Source of the DNA: Vitrella brassicaformis CCMP3155
Taxonomy: Eukaryota > Protista > Chromerida
Length of the DNA: 64,000 nucleotides
Assembly (NCBI GenBank): GCA_001179505.1
Contig: CDMY01000130.1
Span: 120,632-184,631, forward strand
Direction of reading: 5' to 3'
Of this stretch, positions 53,148 to 64,000 are shown piece by piece. Position numbers and translations under genes: made by a program. The notes beneath the pieces were generated by a model, which was given only the letters and a program-made list of their open reading frames with translations, made no database searches and was not told the DNA's origin. Numbering within the stretch: the stretch's first letter is position 1; every line of letters starts with the position of its first letter.

Positions 53148-56100
53148 CTATGCTATGCAGTGAGGGGTCAAAAAGCCATAAAGGCGGCCTCTGGCTGACA
53201 CGGACACACAGCAACAAAGTCTTAAATCAACCACTGGCCCCATCCCCCTGCCGTCTGTCTGCCATGATATCCTGCCGGCCGTCAACACATGTATTCGACC
53301 GCGCCACAGCCCCACCATAGCGCCCACAGAGGGTCGATCTGCCGTCACGAGAATATGGCGGGGCTCCAGCCGGTGAAGGCCTGACGACACAGCCGGCTGC
53401 AGGGTCTGTGCACATTGCCGGCAGATGCAGAAGTGGTTGCACGGCCGCAGCACCACCGATCGCTCCCTCTCCTGGCACACTTGGCAGTCGGTGGCCTCCT
53501 CTCGGGCCCTCCGGTTGCTCTGCTGCATCTCCTGACGCAGCTCGGCCTGCATCTTCTGCTGGGCGGCCTGCTGAGCCTTGACGATGAGCGACTGCAGCTG
53601 GGGCAGCTCTGATGTGGTGAAGGCCATCTGACGGTCGACCAGCTGCATAGCGAAGCCGCTGAAGACGTCAGCGGTGGTCAGGCCATTGAAGGTCTCGGTC
53701 AACCTGAATGACACACATCATCACATCAAAGGGCATGCATTGGTGTTGCCCGCCTTTGCGTGATTGGGTACTGACCTGTCGATCTGGTTGCTGCGTAGCT
53801 GATCTATGTCGGCCTGCAGCGCACGATTGGCCTCGCCAACACTGATAGACACAGAGAGAAATGAATGTCATGGCGTCTTGTCAAAGTGTGCGTCGGCCGC
53901 CTGTCGTGTGTGCACCTGGCATTCTCCTCTCTGAGCGATGTGACCTCCTGTCTGAGCGACTCCTCCCTCCCGGCGGCAGCCCTGACACGTCACACAGAGT
54001 GAGTCCCATTCCTTGTATTGTGGAGGGTGAGAGTGCTGTGTGGCTGACTGACCTCTTGTATCTGTCAAGGTGGTGTTGGAGCTGCCCCATCTCGGCCTCC
54101 TTCTGCTGCCGGAGAGACCTCTCGCGATCGACGTCACTGCAAACACGTACACAGAGAGTGAGGTTGAGGTGCATATGACCTTGTTTGTCTCCTGTGTGTG
54201 TAGATACCTGGTGAGCCGCTGATGTTGTTGGCTGAGCTGCTGGCGGTGGGCCTCATTGGCTTGACGCATATCGGCCTGGAGCCGCTCGTTGGCCGCCAGA
54301 GTGTCGACGACGGTCTGCTCACCAGCCATCTGAGCCTCACGCAAACTGCAGACAGCAACAAAGGAGGGAACAGTCAGTTGGATGGGTGCACCGATGCATG
54401 TGTACCGCTCGCTCTCCTGACGGGCCGCATGAAGCTGTTGCTGGAGGGCGGCTTCCCTCTCCATCGACTCACGCCTATAGTCCGACACCACAACCACGGT
54501 GGTGAATCCCTCCCCACTTCGTTCTTCTCTCATACCTCGTCGCCTGGCGTTGCCGGTCTCTGCGCCTCAACTCAGCCTCGAGCTCAGCAACCCTGACAAG
54601 ACCAGATACACCGTCAGTGTGTGACCACACCCCATCAATCGCCTCACCTGGCCCGCATCGCCTCGGCCTCCTCTCCACCACCCACCCGACCGTCGTCAAC
54701 GACCCTTGCGGCTCCTGCATCGGTCTGTCCAGCTCTCTGGCCTGCCAGACCATCACCACCGCCGCCATTCTCACTCACACCATCAAGGCCAGGTCGTCAG
54801 AGTCACACCCGATGTCGGGCAGCGGGGGCATGGAAGGAGCCATCGAAGGAAGCAGTGGTCGACTGGCAGCACTCACGCCAGCAGCACCACCACAGAGAGG
54901 GCTACTTGACGGCTCGCTGTGACCGAGCTCGAGGTCACCATCCGCCTCTCCCCTTCCCTCCCGCACACATGGGCTGCCGTCTGACGCAATGGATGGCGTT
55001 GCTGCGGCGGCGGATGGGAGGGGGCAAGCCGATGCAGCAGGGGCAGCTGATGGTGTCTTGTTCTTGTGTCGCTTCTTCTTCTTGGCCTTCTTGCCGCCCT
55101 CGCCCCCCTGCTGCCCGCCCACACCATGCTGCGGCTGGTCCTCATCGCTGGAGAAGTCCACCCCCAGAGCCTTGCGCGCCGCCCGAGCACGCGCCTCCGC
55201 TCGCTTCAGCCGCTCCTGTGCGACCGCGTTGTCCTTGGGCGGCTGGTCGCCTCTCTTCTTGTTTTTCTCGGCCTCGCGGGCGGCGTTCTGCTGCATGATG
55301 TCGTGTTTGTGGCGCAGCTCGTCGCGCTTGCTCTCGAAGCGGGTCGGCTGCCGGCCCTTGCTGGTATGGGGGTCCTCCTGATGCGACTCGGCGCAGCCGG
55401 ACACCCCCTGCGACTCATCAAGCACGTCTCTCATGGCCTTGCGAAGCTTCTCGGGTACGGCTTTCTCGAGACGAGCTGAATGAAGCGAAGGAAAGGCGGC
55501 CAGCGGTGTGTTCGTATGTCTTTGGTGTCGGTATGCCTACCGATCTCCTCGACCAGCGTGGCTTTGGCCGCGGTGTTCTTGCCGATCTGCTCCGTGAGGC
55601 TGGTGATCTGGCTGTCGATGCTGTCGATGTCGGCATCGGCGGCGGCCGGCTTGTTCCTCTGGGCCTCGAGGTCGTTGAGCTTGGTCTGAAGCGTCGCCTG
55701 CAGCTTCGCAATGACGGCAAACCGCTTGAGCATCTCATTCAAAGCCTGTAATGCATCTCGTCGGGGCACCAACCTGACGGCCTCTGCAGAACGAACCACA
55801 GCAACGAGGCTATGCATCCACTCTAGATGGATTCCGGCCCCACCGGTCCCTAACTTACCAGCAAGGTCAGAGTGTGCTGTATCGACATGCTCTTGAGTGA
55901 TGCTGTTGATGGCAGGGGCGTCCTTGAGAGCCTCGAGTTCATCTACACACTCGTGATACTTGGGCAGGTCAGCCGCCGTCACAGAGAAGGGGTTCTGGAA
56001 GCCAAATGTCGAATCGGGGCCGCGCTTGTAGCAGAATAGGCTGCTGACGTACAGCAGCAGCAATAAGGGGGCCTTGCTGGCGAGGGTGTTCCACCACGTG

Positions 56101-56928
56101 GAGGGGGCGAGAGCGTCGTAGGAGCTCGCCAAGACCCCACACAGGTGCTGGGGGAGACGCGACGAGGGGCCGACATATCGCTCATCAGGGACGAATTTGG
56201 AATCTGTACAGATAGGAGGCAGGTGGGCACGGGGAAGTGCTGCCGGTAGCTTCGCTAGTTGGCTCACGTGTGAAGATGACTGGCTGTTCGTAGGCGTATT
56301 TCTTGTTGGTGGCTTCGATAACATTAATGACCGCGACAGGAGACCGAGGGCTGGCGACATTGGCGGCGACAGGACGGGTGGCGACATTGGCGAAAGGCAC
56401 ATCTGCATCGGTCCACAGGCACAACCAAGTAGTCGCACGAGCTGCCATGCCCTCTCTGCACATTCACGTACCACTGAGGCTCAGGACGAATGGCGGTTTG
56501 CGTCTGGCCTCTTTCTCCTTGGCCTGCAGCCCCTCCTCCCTCCTCTGCCGTGCCGCCATCCGTCGGTCCTCCTCAGCTGCGTCAGCCGCCGGCGGCAGGC
56601 GAGCGTCATCGGCGGCCCACTGACGCTCCTTGACAGCACGCGCGGCTTGCAGCTCACTCTCACGCTCATCATCTCCCTTGGTGACGGCCCCATGCACCAA
56701 TGACGCAAAGTCGCCACTCGACAGGAACTGCTGGCTGAAGAAATTGCCCAGCGCAACCCGTGCTGAGGAACAAACAAATGGAGCAGATTCATGTACGCGA
56801 CGGTTGCTTGGTGGCTTCGTACATCGCAGAGTGAGGTACGATGGTGTGAGGTCCTTCAATGCGAATTGGAGGAAGGACTCAGTGGCGTTTGCGGTGGCAG
56901 GCAGATCCAGGAACCTGGAGGGACACAC
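53148..56928 (-). CDS. Coiled-coil protein with C-terminal C3HC4 RING-like finger (probably the 3' part of a larger gene continuing from 57059-61150)
   Basis: CQVCQERERSVVLRPCNHFCICRQC at ~53412-53486. Q/E/R-rich coiled-coil exons (REAALQQQLHAARQESER, NERLQADMRQANEAH), Lys-rich KKAKKKKRHKNK, and long ORFs at 55431-56474 and 54775-55434. The final RING CxxC was not located. Confidence 0.7.
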
Positions 56929-57058
56929 CGTCAGCTACATGCACACTCGCAGACACACGGGGGTATGTGGCCTACTTACTTGAGAGTGCGTCCATTGGGG
57001 TTGGTCTTGAGGCCAGCCGTCGCGGCCGACATGACTATGTCCTCAACGACGGGCAGCG

Positions 57059-60000
57059 TCAACTTGCCAACCGAACGAAACGATAGACAGATCCCCTCGC
57101 ACGCAATGGTGCCGAAGAGGCGCTCCAGCACTCTCTGCCGACATCAGAGATGCCACCAGAAAAGGGTGTCATCAAGGCCACCTCGCTGTGGCCAGTACTT
57201 TTCACCTGCAATTGGTAGTACCGATCGGCCTCGCCCTCAGACTTGGTCAACGCGATATTTGACAGACTCAGAGCTTCAAACGACCTGCCACAGAGGCCCT
57301 GCAGGCGATACGACGTACACAAGCCCTAATCAATACGATGGAATCTCCTTGTTTTTTCGACGCACCTCGAGCAAGTTTAGACAAGAATTGAACGACATTC
57401 GACATAGAGAGATTGTCATCCTTCTGTACACACCCAACGGCCTCAGTGAATGCTCCGTTGTCTCATTCCCTGTCCTGCGCCCATACCTGAGTGTCGTGAA
57501 GGGTCTTTCTTTCTTGTCGTCCCCCGAGTCGGCCGTCTGCCTCTCTTCTGTCGTCTCCTGACGATCCTCCTTGGGGTCCGCCGGCACGGCTGCCGACGTT
57601 GTGCTGGGGACGCGGGTGATGTCACGCGATGGTGACGATGGCGGCGGGGATGCACTCTCACTAATGCTGCCTTTGCCGTCTCCTTCTGGCTGGTCCTTGA
57701 GCAGAGTGGCCAGCCGGTCGGCGAAGGCAGGGCTCATATTGGCATTAAGCATGAATAGCCCAAGAAGAGAGGGCAGGCGGCCGATGGCGTCGGCGAGTTG
57801 GGCGCACTCGTCATCAGGCAACTGAGTCAAATCCACACCTGAGCGGCACACACACCTTGACATTTACCGGCAACCTTCGTGTTCTCTTGTGACCGGCTTA
57901 CCGATCAGCCTGAGCGTCATGAGTCTGTCGGCCCTCTGGAGGAAGCCGATGAGGTCGCTGATGTCATCGGAGGTCGGCGACCACTCCCAGTGGATCGACA
58001 AGCCCAACATCATGTCGGGTGAATACCTGACAGCAAGAATCAAGCCGTGGACACAAGTGAACTGCTGTCCATCATCTCTTTACATCAACCTACCTGGCCA
58101 GTGCCGCTGCCAGCCGATTTTTCTTGCTCACTGTGATCGATGCATCTGGCGCCAGCAGCTCGCGATTGGCACACGATGAGATGCAGCCAGTCGAACGGAC
58201 GGGACACAGCCTAAACCCAGCCAGCACGAAGTGGTCATGGAGTGCAGGTTCGTCTGTCTGTGTGTGAATGACTGTTTACGCGTCTAGCAGACTTCGACAT
58301 GAGACCGCCAGCATAGCGACTTGTGCGACAGCGAAGTGCGACGGCCCAGGAAGCTGGTAGATGGTGTGGAGGACTCGCTTGTCCACCCAACAACGCACCA
58401 TGCAATTCTGATAGACACGCAGAAGAGATGTGAGGGGTCGATCGTATATGGTCGCCCCCCACCTGCTTCTTCTCCTGTCGTGCAGCCTCTCTCTGCGGGT
58501 CGTGGTACGATGAGGCCCACCGATCGATCGCCAGCTGCTTCAAAGAACACACACACACACACAGTGGCAGGCAGTGATTGATCGTTGCACGGGAGTGCGG
58601 CAGACCTTGCGATGGCGAAACTTGGCGAAGAAATCCAAAACCTGCAGCCATAGGTGCACACAGGTGTACAAGTTTGTGGGTTTGTGTGTTTTTGACACTT
58701 CACTCACCTCCTGTATGAGGCTGTCTTGTGACGCCGCCGTGGGCGGCCCAGACAGGGCATGGATGTTCACCTGCAAATGAAGGGCGTCACTCACAGCAAG
58801 AGACACACACATCGATGTCGCCGCGGATTCGGCCATCTTTTGACCTTCCGGACCTGCAGAATCCGTTCGACTATCGGGTTGTCTTTGCTCTTGCCACTCG
58901 TCACCTGCCGATCCCAATAGCTGCACACATGAAGACAATTCACTCGGTGCACTCAAGACACGAAGGACAGACGCACCGGGCAAGGCTGTCCAGGACGCCC
59001 AGCATCATTCTGACGTCGTTGCCGCCACTAGCGAAGGCTGCAGGTTGTGAAACGCCCAGCCTCACAGCCCTCGACAGCAGGGAGCACATGAGCTCGGCCA
59101 GACCCTCACACGAAGCATACTGAAGACAAGTGAAGACAGGATTACTGAGTCTCCATACACACATGTCGTATACATTGATGTGTTGGCTGACTGACCGTCT
59201 CTCTATCGATAAGCAGATCGATCAGATAGATGGATTTCGATACGATAGATCGGTAGATATATCGTCCATGGCTTGCATCGTTGGCAAATCTGCTGCTCTG
59301 CAGGATGCTCACAGCTGCCGAGAGGAAGCCCGCATGCGCAACACGCTCGCAGTAGCCACATTCTGAGGAAAGACATGCGCACACAAGACATCAATAAGCG
59401 GCATGGACCATGCACCATTGCTCACCAGCCATTGCCACTGGCACGTTTAGACAGAGCAAGACGATCAAATCCGGCCACTCACAGGCGGCGTGGTCCTTCA
59501 GCATTGTGGCTATCTTGCCCAGGGCAGCGGGGCTCGCTGACACACCACGGCATATAGACGCCAACACACCTGCATCCACACGCATACCCACACACGCAGT
59601 ACTAATCTTACGAACCAACGAGCTCTCTCGGCATCCACGTGTCCCACACCTGGCTCAGAGGGGGAGCCGCGGCGGGCGTGTGCGCAGATGATGCCTACTA
59701 GCCGCGATGCCCTCAACATAGCCGCTTGATCAGTGCTGGTGACCAGTGTCTCGACGAGCGCATCAATGTGGCAGAACAATGCTGCTGAAACGCCCCCACA
59801 TCCTTAGCCGTTGCTGAACGACGCACCGAAGACACACAGATACGTGGAAAGATGACAGCAACTTTTGCCGGCACCTTGAAGTCTGCTGGTGAGAATCACT
59901 ACCACATCTACCCCGAAGACCTCGTCCGATAGTGTCAGCCTCCCCACGGTCCCCTCCACCAAGACACCAAACAGCGGCAGCCACTCAACGCCAAAGGGAT

Positions 60001-60554
60001 ACCCAGCCTCATTGAGCCGCTTAAGAAAGCGGGCTGCCGCAGACTGATGTGATGGCTTGCTGCTGTCATTGAAAATGGCGACAATGCAGCTGACGAGGCC
60101 CAAAGACCCCCGCTCTCGGTGAGCCTTGTCCTTCTTGGCCAGCGAACCCACGAGTCCCTTGACCGCCGGGTCGTTATCCGGCAGCGAGGTCGTGAGTTTC
60201 TCCAAGTGGCTCACGAAGGGGTCGATGTCATGAGCCAGCAGGGCATCAGCAGCGAGGGACATGATGGCAACAGCATCAGAGCCCGACGTCTGGCCCTGCC
60301 GCGAGCCGGCCGCGTGCTGCTGGTCGGGTGTGATGGGGGAGAGGGTGGAGGGAGGAAATGGGCGAGAGGGACCCGCTGGTTGGCGACCCACTGATGCAGC
60401 TGCTGCGGCGACTGGCGACGGGTCGATGGAGCGAGTGAGGTTAGCGACCTGCTGCTGCTGGGCGCATACGGAGATGCCGAAAGCAGTGGAGGGCTGACGG
60501 CTGCCGTCCTGACAATCACACCCACAAATCTCACATATGCACACACCTCCCTCG

Positions 60555-60585
<31 letters not shown>

Positions 60586-61150
60586 GCATGTGTGTCCGTA
60601 CCGATATGGCGTCCGCAGTGATGTCACCCTCTCCGGACCCACCGCCGTGCCCCGCGCCTCCCATCAGCGCCGAGCCCCCTTCCTGCTGCTGCATGGGGAC
60701 GCCGCCCACAACTGATGTGTCGGCTGCTGGTGAGGCGATGGGGATGAGCTGCATGGCCTGATCCTGGGGGACGGATGGCTGCTGCTCATTCAGATGTTTG
60801 TCGATGGCCTCACTAGAGATCGGCGAGCGCTGGATCCCGTTGGATGGCGAGCCCGCAGGCAATTTCTCCATTAGCTGTTGAGAGTTAGCTTCGTTGCTGT
60901 CAGTCGCAGGTGTGCGCTCTGCGTGGGGAGATGCTGGTAGCGGGGCAGACGACGCACTATGTGGACGGTCACCAGGGCCGCAGCCGCTCCCACTCCCACC
61001 AGATCCCTCCTCTGCCGGGTGGGCACTCATACACACGTGCCGCTGCTGTGGTTGCTCCTGCTGGCTGGCATCTCCTCTGTTGTCGGGGCCCTTGCCGTCT
61101 TCCGTCGGGCTGTCGGCGGACTGAGCGCTCAGGCGGCTATCTATCTGCAT
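57059..61150 (-). CDS. Large uncharacterised protein: low-complexity N-terminus followed by helical-repeat/LRR-like segments
   Basis: 448-aa ORF 59804-61150, followed by exons IDALVETLVTSTDQAAMLRASRLVGIIC, CEGLAELMCSLLSRA and VDLTQLPDDECAQLADAIGRLPSLLGLFMLNANMS (LRR-like). Same strand as, and adjacent to, the RING gene. Confidence 0.6.
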
Positions 61151-61549
61151 CAGTCAAAGCCAAAACAGACATAACATGGACACAAAAGGTGCACGATGAG
61201 TCATCGCTTCCCAGACGCTGTCACTCACTGTGAATCAATGATTATCAATTGTCCACGGCTCCGCGCGAAATGCGAGCTTTAAGCAGCCAGAAAGCTTTAA
61301 GTCGTGATTTGCAATGGCATACACGTTTCTGTCATATGGCGTCGGTGTGACTCACAGGCAAGATCCGCCTGTCTGATACATCCGTTCTGTGTTGTTTGTG
61401 TGCAGAGTGCTTGGTGCAGAGGGATGACGCGCATGACATTGTGATGGTCAACTGAGGCAATAAGTACTTCGGCACTGACGGTACGGGCGGCATGGATAAA
61501 TCAGATGAAAGGAATGAGGTCTTGACGCTTGACGGTCTGTTCGTGCGTT

Positions 61550-63090
61550 GTGTCCAGATCCCTTTGGAGCTGTGCCGCGTGTAAAGGCCTCATCGACATC
61601 ACTGCAAAGAAGCGACAGGCAAACGGAGCAAAATGGAAGTGGACTGCCGGTGGGTTCATCGACATTACACACATCCACCGACCCGTAGACGTGTTGCTGC
61701 TGTTGCTGGCTGGTGTCATTCAGTAGCAGACTTCTCCGCTTTCAGTCCGCTTGACATCGACTGCTCCCTGTGGGCGCTGGAGGGCTGCTTCCAGCTGTAT
61801 GTGTTCATCTCCAGCGACTCTGTGTATGAGGTGTGTGATACGCAGCGGTCAGTCAAGACACACGTGCCATCACATGCGTTTGCGTCGGTTGTACTGCGCA
61901 ATGCATGATGTGGTTGTGCAGGTGGTCTGGTCGGTCTCATGTGTGTGAGGATGATCTGTCCGGCCAGCCGATGATGCGGTCCGACGCAATGGAAAGGACA
62001 GATATGGACATGTGAGGCAATTACAAACCCAGCGATCCACGCGTCCACGCAGAGATGTTCCGTGGTTTAATCAGAGGAGACTGGCGTGCGAGGAGTGGCT
62101 GTCGAGATGGCTGTGCGATGGGGACGGCAGGCGAGCAGACGACACGGCACGTTCGCCGCCACGGATAGTTGCGCTGAGACTCGCTGACGCCATCGATATG
62201 CACTTCAAGACAGCGTACCCATTCATGAGCACAACGCGCGTGTGTATGTTGCCCTGTGCTGTGTGTAGGGCCATATGACGACACATATCGCTTGTGGGCC
62301 TATTGGTTCTGGCTGCAGTGCAGGCGCACTGAGCCGATACACCTGGTCTGGTGATGCTGTCTGTGCACGAGAGGCAAGGAGGGATAGAGGACGTCTGAGC
62401 GACCGGTCCCTCTGTGTGGACACTCATCAATGTGTGGCATCTATGTATCAGCCCGAGCACTACAAGCAGCAAAGGCTGTCCACTACATACAGGTGTGTGC
62501 CACTCAATGTTCAGACGTACTCATTGTGCTCGTGCCGCTCTCTGTCGTTAATCATGATGTGGTCCGCGTGATTGTGGCGCTCATCGATGATACAATCCGG
62601 CCCTCTCATGAGCCCTCCCAGCCCCCAGCGAAGCGGCCCCGATTAATGCAGCCGCCATGGGGCCAAGCGGCCTTAGAGACATACGATGTGGTCAGTCGTA
62701 TTGATGCACTGACACATGTTAACACATGACCGGCTGTGTGCCTTTCTGTATGTGTTCGTGTCCCATTCATTAGGCCTGCGAAGAGGCCATGGACATCAGA
62801 GAATTCCTCGTGCAAGTGGTGAGCAGCGAAATGCCGCCCGCCCACATACAGGATGCATCAAGCTGTGTGTCTTCTTTGTTCGGTTCCAAGCCGGCTGCAC
62901 GGACAAGGACGCATCGCCCCGATTCCGCGTCATCTACAATGAGAATGACACCGGCTACACCTGTCTGCTGCCGTCTGTCGAGCGGTTGCAGCCCCTCGAT
63001 GTGTCCAAGGTGACGGCAGCCATGAAGTCGCTTGACATGGGCTTGACGCTCACACCAGTGGTACGCCGACCGGCTGCATCGATGGAGTAG
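61550..63090 (+). CDS. Last subtelomeric gene, uncharacterised, transcribed toward the telomere (possibly partly degraded)
   Basis: Exon-like blocks VADFSAFSPLDIDCSLWALEGCFQLYVF, DVPWFNQRRLACEEWLSRWL, DVLIVLVPLSVVNHDVVRVIVALIDD, ACEEAMDIREFLVQV and FRVIYNENDTGY..RRPAASME* with GT-AG flanks. Confidence 0.5.
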
Positions 63091-63874
63091 CTGTTATCTT
63101 TCTGTTGTGCATGTGGTGGATGGACCAGAGTGAGGTGATCCGAGCAATTTGTAAATAGTGTCGCCAGGCAGTGGAGACACACGTAGGTCACATTCAAGCA
63201 GCACACAAACACGTAAGCCTGTCTATCTGTGTGCGTATGGTAGACAGATGAGGCCGTTCGCGCCGCCCGTTAGTTACCGTCATGTGTGCGTCGAGCGGTG
63301 TGGCAGCAGTATGGCTTCAGCCAGCGACTCGAACTCGGACCGCAGTCGGGCGGGGAGTAGATGAACGTACAAGCTGCAAGACAGACGGTTCTGCCCATGC
63401 TAAGCGGACTGTTTGTGTATGTTAGTTAAGAGTGAGGGACGAATCAGAGACTCCCTGTTTGTCTCTATACGTCTGTTTGTGTGAATGACACTGGCCAAAG
63501 CACACAGCTCCGTGCACAAAACACATGATCTATCATCAAACACTCTGATTTACCTCGACAGAGCTGTGAGCTGTGGGTGAGAATCGCGGGAAGATGCCTA
63601 AAGATAAGCACATGAACAGCTAAGCACATGAACAGCTCGTATGACAGTGAAAATACGAATGTCACGGTCAATGTTGAAGAGAGAGAGTTGTGTTATCGCC
63701 GATTCTGTCCCATGCATTTGGCGAGAATGCGATCGCAAAAAGAAGGCGGAGCCAAAATTTCTTTTCGAAATTACGATGAAAAAATACATCCTGCCTCAAT
63801 CTTTGATTCGTTCATTCACATGGGTGCCCTGATGCGCTCAAAATAAAACAGCTGGACATTCGTAGGACTATGAG

Positions 63875-64000
63875 TTTAGGGTCTAGGGTTTAGGGTTTCG
63901 GGCTTAGGGTTTAGGGTCTAGGGTTTAGGGTTTAGGGTTTAGGGTTTAGGGTTTAGGGTTTAGGGTTTAGGGTTTAGGGTTTAGGGTTTAGGGTTTAGGG
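63875..64000 (+). repeat. Telomere, (TTTAGGG)n with proximal variant repeats
   Basis: TTTAGGG array running G-rich 5'->3' to the window end. Proximal variants TCTAGGG, TTTCGGG and CTTAGGG. Confidence 0.97.

Overview
Right-hand end of an intron-rich eukaryotic chromosome, ending in a TTTAGGG telomere array (63875-64000). Short microsatellite-laden introns, an apicomplexan-type CDPK2, an HslU-like locus and a plastid phytol-salvage gene (VTE6-like) together point to a free-living photosynthetic myzozoan, most likely the chromerid Vitrella brassicaformis (inferred, not database-checked). The first ~22 kb consists entirely of genes with predicted signal peptides: a bacterial-type FAD oxidoreductase head-to-head with a GH97 glycosidase, two tandem Kazal + V8-like serine proteases, a cysteine-rich prepropeptide gene with duplicated 3' cassettes, a PPC-like repeat protein and a large orphan. 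These are followed by a WW-WW-ankyrin gene, VTE6, several orphans, a signal-peptide-bearing atypical kinase, CDPK2, a frameshifted HslU/ClpY pseudogene, a very large helical/coiled-coil/RING gene (or two genes) and a last orphan ~0.8 kb from the telomere. The most striking non-gene signal is a recurring intron polarity (CA/CAGA/GA near donors, TG/TCTG/TC near acceptors, sometimes perfectly complementary) that suggests structure-assisted splicing. All exon models were built by eye, so internal boundaries and some starts are approximate. No tRNA, rRNA, CRISPR array or recognisable transposase was found.
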